Shown here one piece after another: positions 37,026-46,568 of a DNA stretch of 64,000 nt (position 1 is its first letter; every line of letters starts with the position of its first letter). The stretch is from assembly GCA_017517685.1 (NCBI GenBank), contig JAFWYK010000003.1:4860-68859 (forward strand). Direction: 5' to 3'. The translations under genes and the position numbers were made by a program. The DNA comes from Clostridia bacterium (lineage in GTDB: Bacteria; Bacillota; Clostridia; TANB77; CAG-508). The notes below the pieces were generated by a model, which saw only the letters and a list, made by a program, of their open reading frames with translations, was not told where the DNA came from and ran no database searches.

Positions 37026-37520
37026 ATGGTAAGAATTCAACAATTATCAATAGATGATGGAATTGATATTTATAATATGTTAAAGATGATTGCTAGTAAT
37101 GAAAATGAATTTACTAATCCAGTACAGGAGATGTCTTTTGAACAGTATAAAGAGTGGTTGATATTAATGGATAAATGGTCAAGAGGTGAAGGGTTAAAAG
37201 AAGGATATGTTTCTCAAACAATATACTGGTTATATGATGAAAATATACCTATAGGTATTGGAAAGATTAGACATGCTTTAACAGAATCATCACGTAAATT
37301 TGGTGGAAATATTGGATATGCAATTTCAAAAGAATTTCGTGGTAAAGGATATGCAACAGTCTTCCTTAAAATGTTGTTATCAGAAATGAATAAAATGAAT
37401 ATAACAGAAAGGGTATTAACTGTTGAAAAAAATAATCCATCTTCCAAAAGAGTGATAGAGAAAAATGGTGGCAAGGTTATAGAAGAAAATTCGGATAGAT
37501 GGATTTTAGAAATTGAATAG
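37026..37520 (+). CDS. GNAT-family N-acetyltransferase
   Basis: Acetyl-CoA motif FRGKGYATVFLKMLL; GAGGTG RBS 7 nt before ATG 37026. Confidence 0.75.
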   Translation: MVRIQQLSIDDGIDIYNMLKMIASNENEFTNPVQEMSFEQYKEWLILMDKWSRGEGLKEGYVSQTIYWLYDENIPIGIGKIRHALTESSRKFGGNIGYAISKEFRGKGYATVFLKMLLSEMNKMNITERVLTVEKNNPSSKRVIEKNGGKVIEENSDRWILEIE

Positions 37521-37536
37521 TAATAGGTGATTTTTT

Positions 37537-38865
37537 ATGAAAAAAGTAATAACATATGGTACTTATGATTTATTACATTATGGACATATTAGATTATTAG
37601 AACGAGCTAAAGCGTTAGGTGATTATTTGATTGTTGGCGTAACAGCAGACGATTTTGATAAGACAAGAGGAAAAATTAATGTACAACAATCATTAATGGA
37701 AAGAATTGAAAATGTAAAAGCAACAGGTTTAGCCGATAAAATTATAATAGAAGAATATGAAGGTCAAAAAATTGATGATATAAAAAAATATGGCATTGAT
37801 GTATTTACAGTTGGTTCTGATTGGCAAGGAAAATTTGATTATTTAAAAGATTATTGCGAAGTTATATATCTAGAAAGAACTCAAGGGGTATCAAGTTCTA
37901 AAATTAGATCTGAAAAAAGAGCTATACGAATGGGGATTGTTGGAGATTATGCACCAACAATGAATAAATTTCAAAGCGAAGATATATATGTAAATGGTAT
38001 AGAGATTACATCAATTTGTACACAAAATATTGATGAAATGAGTGATTCAATAAAATCGTTAGAATTAGTAACTACAGATTTTGATGTTATGATTAAAGAA
38101 GTTGATGCTGTATATATACGTTCTAAATATGAAAAACATTATGAACATATAAAAAAAGCATTGATTTTAGGCAAACACGTGCTTTGTGAATCGCCAATAT
38201 GTTTGTCATGTAAAGAGTATGATGAATTGGTTAAATTGGCTGAAGAAAAAAAATGTATACTTATGGATGCAATTAGAACAGCATATTCTACAGCATATTC
38301 GAGATTGTTATTATTATTAAAATCTGGTAAAATAGGAAGAATTGTATCTGTTGATGCTGTTTGTTCAAGTATAAAATATACAGAAAAAGCAGAAATGATT
38401 AATAGTTTGAAGGATTGGGGACCAACAGCGTTATTACCAGTTTTTCAAATATTAGGAGTAGATTATGAAAAGAAAACTATTATTTCAAATTTTTATAATT
38501 TAAATGATAAAAATGATGGTTTTTCAAAAATAGATTTTATTTATGAAAATGCTGTTGCATCAATCAAAGTTGCTGAAAAAGCAAAATCAGAAGGACATAT
38601 GATAATAACAGGAACAAATGGATATGTATATATACCTGCACCATGGTGGAAAACTGATTATTTTGAGATAAGATTTGAAAATCCTAATGATAATAAGAGA
38701 TATTTTTATCAATTAGATGGAGAAGGTGTAAGATATGAACTAGTTACTTTTGTTCGTTCAATTCAAGAGCAAAAGAATTTAAGTAATATTGATTCAAAAG
38801 TGAGTCATGCTATTTGTAAAATTATGGAAGATTTTCAAAATGGAATTGATTTAATAAAAATTTAA
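37537..38865 (+). CDS. TagD-like cytidylyltransferase fused to a Gfo/Idh/MocA-type oxidoreductase
   Basis: N-terminal KVITYGTYDLLHYGHIRLLERAKALGDYLIVGVTAD (HxGH cytidylyltransferase). The rest has a Rossmann-type start IRMGIVGDY and a dehydrogenase-like C-terminal half. Confidence 0.75.
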   Translation: MKKVITYGTYDLLHYGHIRLLERAKALGDYLIVGVTADDFDKTRGKINVQQSLMERIENVKATGLADKIIIEEYEGQKIDDIKKYGIDVFTVGSDWQGKFDYLKDYCEVIYLERTQGVSSSKIRSEKRAIRMGIVGDYAPTMNKFQSEDIYVNGIEITSICTQNIDEMSDSIKSLELVTTDFDVMIKEVDAVYIRSKYEKHYEHIKKALILGKHVLCESPICLSCKEYDELVKLAEEKKCILMDAIRTAYSTAYSRLLLLLKSGKIGRIVSVDAVCSSIKYTEKAEMINSLKDWGPTALLPVFQILGVDYEKKTIISNFYNLNDKNDGFSKIDFIYENAVASIKVAEKAKSEGHMIITGTNGYVYIPAPWWKTDYFEIRFENPNDNKRYFYQLDGEGVRYELVTFVRSIQEQKNLSNIDSKVSHAICKIMEDFQNGIDLIKI

Positions 38866-38878
38866 AGAGGTTTTATAA

Positions 38879-39832
38879 ATGCAAAAAAATAAAAAAGTAG
38901 TATTATTAGGTGGTGGAACAGGAACATCATTTGTTGTAAAAGGGTTAAAGTATTTTCCAATAGATTTAACCTGTGTTATAACAGTATCAGATGATGGATC
39001 AAGTACAGGAAGATTAAGAAAAGAATTTGCTACACCAGCAGTTGGTGATATAAGAAAAGTTTTAAGTAATCTTTCAACACTTCCTGATGAAATAAGAGAT
39101 GTAATGGAATATAGATTAAAAGCGCATTCTGATTTAAATGGACATGCACTTGGTAATCTTGTTCTAACATCATTAATTAAAGAGACAGGAAGTCTACAAA
39201 AAAGTATTAAATACTTAAGTAAAATATTAGATGTTAAACAAACAGTTCTTCCTTTATCAGAAGATTATTTAACATTAATGGGAGAAACATTAGATGGCGA
39301 AGTAATTGAGGGTGAAGAAGAAATAACAAAAGCTCATAGAAAATATAAAGAGTTTTTCTATAAAGAAGAACCTCATGTTTTACCAGAAGTATTTGATGCT
39401 ATTAAAGATGCAGATTTGATTATATTAAGTACAGGAAGTTTATATACTTCTGTTATGCCACATATCATTTGTAAAGATGTTGCTAAAGCAATAAGAGAAT
39501 CTAGTGCTAAAGTAATGTATATATGTAATGTTATGACACAACCAGGAGAAACAGATGGATTTGGAGTGTCAGATCATGTTAATGCGTTAGAACATTATTT
39601 AGGAAAAGATGAAATAGATGTTGTTATAGCAAGTAATACAAGAATTTCATATGAAATGTTAAAAAAATATGAGACAGAAGAACAAAAAGATCAAGTTATG
39701 ATTGACTATGATAATATAAGAAAAGGTAAATATGAATTTATTGAAGATGATTTAATAACAACTGCTGATGGAACAATAAAACATAATAGTCTAAAATTAA
39801 GTTCAGTAATATTCTCTTATTTAATGAGATAG
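38879..39832 (+). CDS. yvcK: YvcK/GlmR-family (CofD-like, UPF0052) protein
   Basis: VVLLGGGTGTS and VSDDGSSTGRLR motifs. Confidence 0.85.
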   Translation: MQKNKKVVLLGGGTGTSFVVKGLKYFPIDLTCVITVSDDGSSTGRLRKEFATPAVGDIRKVLSNLSTLPDEIRDVMEYRLKAHSDLNGHALGNLVLTSLIKETGSLQKSIKYLSKILDVKQTVLPLSEDYLTLMGETLDGEVIEGEEEITKAHRKYKEFFYKEEPHVLPEVFDAIKDADLIILSTGSLYTSVMPHIICKDVAKAIRESSAKVMYICNVMTQPGETDGFGVSDHVNALEHYLGKDEIDVVIASNTRISYEMLKKYETEEQKDQVMIDYDNIRKGKYEFIEDDLITTADGTIKHNSLKLSSVIFSYLMR

Positions 39833-39857
39833 TATTTTAAAAGTGTAGGAGGATGTT

Positions 39858-40832
39858 ATGATTATTAATGGTGAAGAACAATATGTAATTACTTTGATTA
39901 TGGCTGCTGGTAAAGGTACTAGAATGAAGTCAGATAAATCAAAGCTAGTACATAAAATATTTGATAAAGAACTTGTAAAAAGAGTTGTTGAACTTGCAAA
40001 TGATATTGGTTCAGATGATATTGTTGCAGTAGTAGGATATTTAAAAGAACAAGTAATTGATGTTTTAAAAGATTCAGTAAAATATGCATATCAAGAAGAA
40101 CTATTAGGTACTGGTCATGCTGTAATGCAAGCAACTGAATATTTAAAAAATATAAAAGGAAAAGTAGTTATTCTTTATGGAGATGTTCCTGCAATTAGAA
40201 AAGAAACATTAGAAACTCTAATAGAGAAAAGTGTAAGAGATAAAGAATATGCTACACTATTAACTGCTATATATGAAAATCCAACAGGATATGGAAGAAT
40301 TATTCGTGATGTTGGTGGAAATATAAAAGCAATTGTAGAAGAAAAAGATGCTGACATTAATCAAAAACAAGTAAAAGAAATTAATTCAGGAATCTATTGT
40401 TTTGATATTGAAGAACTTGTAGATGCACTTCAATATATTAAGCCTAATAATGCTCAAGGTGAGTATTATTTAACTGATGTTATTAAAATAATGAACGACA
40501 AAGGATTAAAAACTGGAGCTGTTATTGTTGAAGATAATACAGAAATATTAGGTGTTAATGATAGAAAACAATTAGAACAATTAACAAGTATTTTACAAAA
40601 AAGAATTAATGAAATGCATATGAAAAATGGAGTAACAATAGAATCATCTAATACAACATATATTCATGATAATGTAAAGATTGGTAGAGATACTGTTATT
40701 CATCCAAATACAGTTATAAAAAGTGGAGCTGTAATTGGAGATAATTGCGAGATTGGACCATTTGCATTTATTGGAGAAGATACTATTATTAAAGATAATA
40801 CTGTTATTAAAGAATTTGAAAAAATCAAATAG
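39858..40832 (+). CDS. GlmU-like sugar-1-phosphate uridylyltransferase with only a stub of the C-terminal LbH acetyltransferase domain
   Basis: LIMAAGKGTRMKSDKSKLVHKI and LYGDVP motifs. It is 324 aa against about 455 aa for bifunctional GlmU; only ~65 aa of hexapeptide repeats precede the stop. Confidence 0.7.
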   Translation: MIINGEEQYVITLIMAAGKGTRMKSDKSKLVHKIFDKELVKRVVELANDIGSDDIVAVVGYLKEQVIDVLKDSVKYAYQEELLGTGHAVMQATEYLKNIKGKVVILYGDVPAIRKETLETLIEKSVRDKEYATLLTAIYENPTGYGRIIRDVGGNIKAIVEEKDADINQKQVKEINSGIYCFDIEELVDALQYIKPNNAQGEYYLTDVIKIMNDKGLKTGAVIVEDNTEILGVNDRKQLEQLTSILQKRINEMHMKNGVTIESSNTTYIHDNVKIGRDTVIHPNTVIKSGAVIGDNCEIGPFAFIGEDTIIKDNTVIKEFEKIK

Positions 40833-40843
40833 ATATAAAAGAT

Positions 40844-40892
40844 AAAGAGATAGATTGTTCATGAAAGCATGAATAAATCTATCTCTTTTTGT
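40844..40892 (+). terminator. Rho-independent terminator
   Basis: 13-bp stem AAAGAGATAGATT / AATCTATCTCTTT followed by a T run. Confidence 0.8.
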
Positions 40893-41389
40893 TTGATTAT
40901 TAAATTATTTTAGCACGTTAATTTTATCATTTTGCGTATAAAAAGTAAAGAATAGTTTGATTAATATATTAATTAAGAATTTAATAAAGAATGTTTTTTA
41001 TTTAGTGCTTTGGTAATTATACTTTTGATAATAATTACTATATAATAATAGATATAAATAATTTATTAGATAAAATATATAGTAATTGAAATTTATATAA
41101 AAGTTTGAAGATATTTTAAAATAAAAGGTATAAAAACGTTAATCTTATATATAGAGTATTGAATTTTAGAAATTTTCTAAGTGTAAATATTAATGCGCAT
41201 AAGCCTTATGAGGATTGAAAATAAGCTGCTTTTATAAAATAAACAATAAATTAACTTGTTGCTGCAGTATATTTTAAATATGATGATTCTCACTCGTTTT
41301 GTGAAAAATAACATAAATAGAATGCTAGTTGTAATATTTTAAGAAATTTTAATGTAATTATTATTATATAAATTTATGGAGGTATAAAG

Positions 41390-41629
41390 ATGGATAATAA
41401 TAAAAGTCAAGAAGATATTAAAGAATTATATGAGATAATAAATAAAGATGAAGATTTAAAAAAATGTAGAGAATATATTATACGAGTAGAAAATAATGAA
41501 GATATATTAGTAGAAGTAATGGACTTTTCAAGAAATAGGGTTATGGAAATAACAATTAAAGATCTAGATGTTATATTAGCTAATAGAGTATATCTTTTAA
41601 ATGAACCGCTTTCTAAAATTCTGTATTAA
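41390..41629 (+). CDS. Small hypothetical protein (79 aa)
   Basis: ORF with a GGAGG RBS; no motif recognised. Confidence 0.4.
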   Translation: MDNNKSQEDIKELYEIINKDEDLKKCREYIIRVENNEDILVEVMDFSRNRVMEITIKDLDVILANRVYLLNEPLSKILY

Positions 41630-41937
41630 TTACATTAAGAACATTTGAGAAATTAATAATAGATGCAATAATAAAAGAGTTTTTGGAAGATAGAAATAGA
41701 GATGATAAAAACTAATTATGTATTTGTAAGTTTGCGAGAACTAAAAATAGAGGAAAATATGAATATTAAATTTAATAAAGAAGTGATGATGGTTTTAAAC
41801 AGAATTATCTTCTTTTTTGTTAGTGAAAAGGTTGTATACGTACTTACGTTAATGTGAAGATATAAGAATAAAAAATAGATACAATGGAGAAAATAAAAAC
41901 AAAATGAAACATTTTGTTTCGATTTTATAAAAAACTA

Positions 41938-41966
41938 TTGATTTTTAAAAATAAAAATAATATAAT
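41938..41966 (+). promoter_or_regulatory. SigA-type promoter
   Basis: TTGATT (41938-41943), 17-nt spacer, TATAAT (41961-41966), 25 nt upstream of the ATPase gene. Confidence 0.6.
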
Positions 41967-41990
41967 AGTACTAAATGAGGAGGTATTCTT

Positions 41991-43370
41991 ATGAGAAAAT
42001 CGATTGTAAGAATAGAAAGAATTGAGTTAATAAATTTTAAAAATGTTGAAAATGGATGTGTTGAATTTGAAAATTCTAAAGATAGTAATTTCTTATCTCA
42101 AATAATGGGGATATACGGTCAAAACGGATCTGGAAAGACAGCTTTAGTAAACGCGTGTGATTTTTTTAAAAAGATGTTAGAAGGTTTATCGATTCCGGAT
42201 GATGCTTATAATTATATTAATATTAATTCAGAAGAATCAACATTAAAGTTCGATTTATATGCAAGTTTTCAAAAAAATGAGTATAAAATTACTTATGAGT
42301 TTACATTTAAAAAATGCGAAGATAAAAAATTTGTAATTAGTAAAGAAAAGCTATCGGCAGCCAAAAGAAAAGAAAATGAATGGTCATCTAAAGTGGCGAT
42401 AATAGATTATGATATAGATAATCAAGAAGAATTATTTACGCCTAAATGGAGATATAACGAGATATTATCTAATAGTAAAGATAATATAGTAAATCTAAAA
42501 GTGGCTCAAAAAATTACTATTGAAAAATGTTCATCTTTTATCTTTTGTGATGAATTTAAAAATATTATAAATAGAGTTGAAAGTCAGCAAGATTTAATAA
42601 ATATACTTGATGTTTTAAAATATTTTGGTAGATACAATTTATTTGTTATAAGTAGTAACCATACTGGATTTATAAATATGAACATTTTAATGCCATTATC
42701 ATTTAGATTAGAAGAGAACGAACATATTTCTTCAGGGGATATTGCTGTTAGATTAGATAATATTTCAATAGTAAAAAAACCGATATTTGATTTAGCTAGT
42801 AATATTATAAAACAAATGGATGTTGTTTTAAAATATATTGTTCCTTCTTTAAAAATTGAATTATATAATTATGGAGAGCAACTTGATGAAAAAGGTGATA
42901 AAGGTGTAAAAGTTGAATTGGTATCAAAAAAGAACAATTGTAATTTGCCATTAAAATATGAATCAGAAGGTATTAAAAAAATAATATCAATATTAAGTGC
43001 ATTAATTGCAATGTATAATAATCCTTCAATTTGTATGGTTGTTGATGAATTAGATTCTGGTATATTTGAGTTTTTGTTGGGTGAAATGTTGAAGGTTATT
43101 GAAAATGGTGGTAAAGGACAATTGTTATTTACTTCACACAATTTGAGACCTTTAGAAGTTTTATCAAAGAATTCATTGTTCTTTACGACAACGAATTCTA
43201 AAAATAGATATATAAAACTTACTAACATAAAGAATAATAATAATTTAAGATCTGTTTATATAAGAAGTATAAATCTTGGTGGACAAAAGGAAGAATTGTA
43301 TGATGAAACTGATGCTTTAGAAATACAAAGAGCATTTAGATTGGCTGGTGATAAGTTAAATGCAAGATAA
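41991..43370 (+). CDS. ABC/SMC-like (AAA_15/AAA_21-type) ATPase
   Basis: Walker A GIYGQNGSGKTALV; signature-like ESEGIKKIISIL; Walker B ICMVVDELDSGI; H-loop LLFTSHN. Confidence 0.8.
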   Translation: MRKSIVRIERIELINFKNVENGCVEFENSKDSNFLSQIMGIYGQNGSGKTALVNACDFFKKMLEGLSIPDDAYNYININSEESTLKFDLYASFQKNEYKITYEFTFKKCEDKKFVISKEKLSAAKRKENEWSSKVAIIDYDIDNQEELFTPKWRYNEILSNSKDNIVNLKVAQKITIEKCSSFIFCDEFKNIINRVESQQDLINILDVLKYFGRYNLFVISSNHTGFINMNILMPLSFRLEENEHISSGDIAVRLDNISIVKKPIFDLASNIIKQMDVVLKYIVPSLKIELYNYGEQLDEKGDKGVKVELVSKKNNCNLPLKYESEGIKKIISILSALIAMYNNPSICMVVDELDSGIFEFLLGEMLKVIENGGKGQLLFTSHNLRPLEVLSKNSLFFTTTNSKNRYIKLTNIKNNNNLRSVYIRSINLGGQKEELYDETDALEIQRAFRLAGDKLNAR

Positions 43371-44037
43371 AAAAGTTGTATTATTTATTGTAGAAGGAAT
43401 TACTGATGAAACAGCTATAGGTCATATTGTAAAAAAATTAAATAAAGATAAAAAAGTATTTTTTCAAATAGTTCGTACAGATATTACTACACAAGATTCT
43501 AGTAATGTAGCAAATATTGAAGTAAAAATTAATAAACAAATTGAATTGTGTATGGAACAAATGCATTTTAAAATTAAAGATATTATAAAAATAATTCATT
43601 TAGTAGATTTGGATGGAGCTTTTGTAGGAGAAGATGTAGTTGTGTATAAAAATATACCTCAAATAGAGTATGATTTAGAACATATTTATACTTCTAATAT
43701 AGAGTTTATACGAAAAAGAAATCAAAAGAAAAAACAAATATTGAATAGATTAAGTTCAACCCAAAGAATTAGAGGTATTCCTTATAGTATTTATTATTTT
43801 TCAACTAATATGGAACATGTTTTTCATAATCAACAAAATGTAAAAGATGATGAAGAAAAATTTAATCTAGCCAATGAAATTCAAGATAAATTTTATGATA
43901 ATCCAGTAAATTTTATTGAATTTATTAACGATGATAAATATGCATTAAAGGATACATATGAGAATACTTGGGAATTTATAAAAAAAGGTAATAATTCATT
44001 AAAAAGATATACTAATTTCAACTTGTATTTTGAATAA
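43360..44037 (+). CDS. Toprim-like protein (RloB / DUF4435 / DUF4276 class)
   Basis: Conserved Glu in VVLFIVEGITDE and DxD in IIHLVDLDGAF give a Toprim E...DxD pattern. An 11-nt overlap with the ATPase gene implies translational coupling. Confidence 0.6.
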   Translation: MQDKKVVLFIVEGITDETAIGHIVKKLNKDKKVFFQIVRTDITTQDSSNVANIEVKINKQIELCMEQMHFKIKDIIKIIHLVDLDGAFVGEDVVVYKNIPQIEYDLEHIYTSNIEFIRKRNQKKKQILNRLSSTQRIRGIPYSIYYFSTNMEHVFHNQQNVKDDEEKFNLANEIQDKFYDNPVNFIEFINDDKYALKDTYENTWEFIKKGNNSLKRYTNFNLYFE

Positions 44038-44191
44038 AGAATATAGGTTTTAATATGATCTAAGAGTATAAGTTAAAATAAATACAAATGATAATTTTAC
44101 ATGAAATACTAAAGAGAAAGCAAATTATTAATGATTTTTTTGCATTAATATTTTGCTTTTTTATATGAAATAAAAAATAGGAGGAATAAAT

Positions 44192-44788
44192 ATGACAAAT
44201 TATCATTATATGACATCAAATGCGAGAATATCAGAAATGTTTGAAAAGATTCAAACAGCTGCACAACCAGCAAAATTTACTCATGAAGTTTTGAAAAATA
44301 TGGGGTTTGCGAGTTCTAATGACAGAGGTTTTATAAATGTTCTAAAAAATTTGCAATTTTTAAATAGTGATGGGGTTCCAACTTCAAATTATAATTTATT
44401 AAGAGATACTAATAAATCAAAGAAAGTGGTCGGAAAACAAATAAAAGAATATTATAAAGAATTATTTGATATTAATGTTAATATGAATAATGCTAGTGAA
44501 GATGAGGTAAAGGGCGTTATTTCTAGAGTTACAGGAAAAGAAGAAAAAGAAGTTAAAAGAATGTATTTAACGTTTAAAGCTTTATGCCAATATGGAGATT
44601 TTTCTGGATTAGAAGATGATAAAAAAATAACAGAAGAAACTCAAGCAATTCCTATAGATAATAAATTGAATGCAGTTGAATTTTCACCTGATTTTCATTA
44701 TAATATCCAAATTCATTTACCTGCTACTACTGATATAACTATTTATAATGCAATATTTAAAAGTATAAAGGAGAATTTATTTAACTAG
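44192..44788 (+). CDS. Hypothetical protein, possibly DUF5343 family
   Basis: N-terminal ...KIQTAAQPAKFTHEVLKNMGFASSNDRGFINVLKNLQFLNSDGVPT resembles my recollection of DUF5343. Its stop lies 1 nt before the next gene. Confidence 0.4.
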   Translation: MTNYHYMTSNARISEMFEKIQTAAQPAKFTHEVLKNMGFASSNDRGFINVLKNLQFLNSDGVPTSNYNLLRDTNKSKKVVGKQIKEYYKELFDINVNMNNASEDEVKGVISRVTGKEEKEVKRMYLTFKALCQYGDFSGLEDDKKITEETQAIPIDNKLNAVEFSPDFHYNIQIHLPATTDITIYNAIFKSIKENLFN

Positions 44789-44789
44789 C

Positions 44790-45368
44790 ATGGATAAGAG
44801 AAGGAAATTAAAAGAATTTGTCTTTAATGGAATGTTAATAAAAGATTCATTAAATGATTTGAAAAAACAAGGAATTAGAGTATTTGAAGATAAAGAAGAT
44901 ATAGATATTGACAAAAGTATGGAAAAAGATTTTAATCCTAAATTATGGTTTGCTGCAAATCAAATGGCTTCAATATATATAGCGTTATATTGTGCAGAAA
45001 ATATGCTTAGAGAATTTATAGTAGATAGATTATCAGAGAGTTATGGAGTTGAATGGTGGGATAAATGTGTTCCCAAAAAAGTTAAAGATGAAGTTCAAAG
45101 ATTAAAAAGCAAAGAAGAAAAAAATAAATATTCATCAAATAGATCTAATAGTAATATTGGATATACGATGTTAGGAAATTTAACTCAGATTATAATTACT
45201 AATTGGGATTATTTTTCAGATATTATTCCTACCCAAGCATGGATTACTTCTAGAATGGAAGATTTAGAGATGTCGAGAAATGTTATTATGCACACTGGAG
45301 TGCTACCGGATATTGAAAGAGAAAGAATTGAAAGTATTGTGCGAGATCTAGTAAAACAATTAGGATAA
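44790..45368 (+). CDS. HEPN-domain protein (Swt1-like type), predicted RNase
   Basis: Rx4H motif in LEMSRNVIMHTG near the C-terminus. An alpha-helical sequence with WW.K.VP..VK is typical of Swt1-like HEPN (recollection). Confidence 0.6.
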   Translation: MDKRRKLKEFVFNGMLIKDSLNDLKKQGIRVFEDKEDIDIDKSMEKDFNPKLWFAANQMASIYIALYCAENMLREFIVDRLSESYGVEWWDKCVPKKVKDEVQRLKSKEEKNKYSSNRSNSNIGYTMLGNLTQIIITNWDYFSDIIPTQAWITSRMEDLEMSRNVIMHTGVLPDIERERIESIVRDLVKQLG

Positions 45369-45461
45369 AAGAATTGAAAAAGTTTGTAAAATTTTAATAT
45401 TATAAATTGCTTGACAAGAAAAAATATAATTAAAATAAAAGATTAAAATAGGAGGATTAAA

Positions 45462-45875
45462 ATGGACTTATTAAAAGAAATGATGCCATATATAGTCTCT
45501 ATTATGACTGCAATAATATCTGGATTATGTTCATATAATGCGTCAAAGAAACAATTTAATCATGAATTGGATGTGATTAAAACTAATAATAAACATGATA
45601 TTAATAAATTGATGGAACAACATAAAATTGATATAGATAATTTAAAAGAAAAACATAAATTAGAAATGGAAATAAAAGAAAAAGAATACCAACATGAAAA
45701 AGAAATGATTGCGTTAAAAAGTAAAGTGTTAATGGATGAAAAAAATCAAGATGTAATGAATAATGCTATGTCAGGGATTCTTGAAAATATTTTTAATGAT
45801 ATTATAACAGGAAAAATGACAGCTAAAGATTTAGAAAATATATCAAAGCAATTTCCTTCACAAGATAAAAAATAA
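45462..45875 (+). CDS. Small membrane-anchored coiled-coil protein
   Basis: N-terminal hydrophobic helix PYIVSIMTAIISGLCSY followed by charged heptad-like repeats. Confidence 0.45.
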   Translation: MDLLKEMMPYIVSIMTAIISGLCSYNASKKQFNHELDVIKTNNKHDINKLMEQHKIDIDNLKEKHKLEMEIKEKEYQHEKEMIALKSKVLMDEKNQDVMNNAMSGILENIFNDIITGKMTAKDLENISKQFPSQDKK

Positions 45876-45882
45876 ATTGTAA

Positions 45883-46446
45883 TATAAATTAAGAACCAAC
45901 TGGAGAGCATTTCAAAACAGATGTGTTAAAGATTTAAATAATCCATTCTATTTAGATGTTGCTATGTTAAATCCAAGTGTAGAAGAAGTAATAGATCTAA
46001 TTCATAGTATGGGAGGAAAAGCATATCTTGCTCATCCATCATCATATTTTGCTAAAGTAGGAACTAAAGAAGAAGTAAAACTAGCATATGATAATACAAT
46101 TAAGTTTGTAAAAGATTTCTTAGCTAAGTTTTCTCCAAAGGTAAATAAGAAAACTCCTATAGATGGAGCTGAAATATATCACCCATCATATTTAGGAAAT
46201 ATAGATGTAATAAGTGAGATAAAAGAGTTAGTACAAGCTTATAGAATAGCATCATCAGGTGGTACTGATATACATGTAGATAAGACACTAGGTAAAGGTG
46301 AAACAGTAAGTTCTGATAGTTTAGATGGAACAGTAGTAAGAAATAAATTACGTAAGTTTAGATTATTAAGAAGAAAAGCAGTAAGTATAAGAGATTTAAA
46401 AAGTAAAGTAATAGATATTAAAGCTAAAGGTAAAGAAAGAGAATAA
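45883..46446 (+). pseudogene. 5'-truncated remnant of a PHP-domain phosphoesterase gene
   Basis: The frame is open from 45883, directly after the stop of the preceding gene, with no RBS. The sequence ...NPFYLDVAMLNPSVEEVIDLIHSMGGKAYLAHP...GAEIYHPS...GGTDIH is a C-terminal PHP half. Confidence 0.55.
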
Positions 46447-46528
46447 AGATTATGTAATCAAAAATAGGAATGAATATCGATTTGCTTTAAGAAAAAATGT
46501 TTGTAGTATATAAATTTTTGAAAATGAA

Positions 46529-46568
46529 AACAGGCAATTATCTAAGAAAATTGCCTGTTGATTTTTTT
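46529..46568 (+). terminator. Rho-independent terminator
   Basis: Stem AACAGGCAAT / ATTGCCTGTT followed by a T run. Confidence 0.75.

Noticed and set aside
41759-41860. A 33-aa ORF (MNIKFNKEVMMVLNRIIFFFVSEKVVYVLTLM) with an AGAGGA RBS in the island leader region.
   Set aside because: It is too short and too AT-rich to distinguish from chance, and there is no supporting context.
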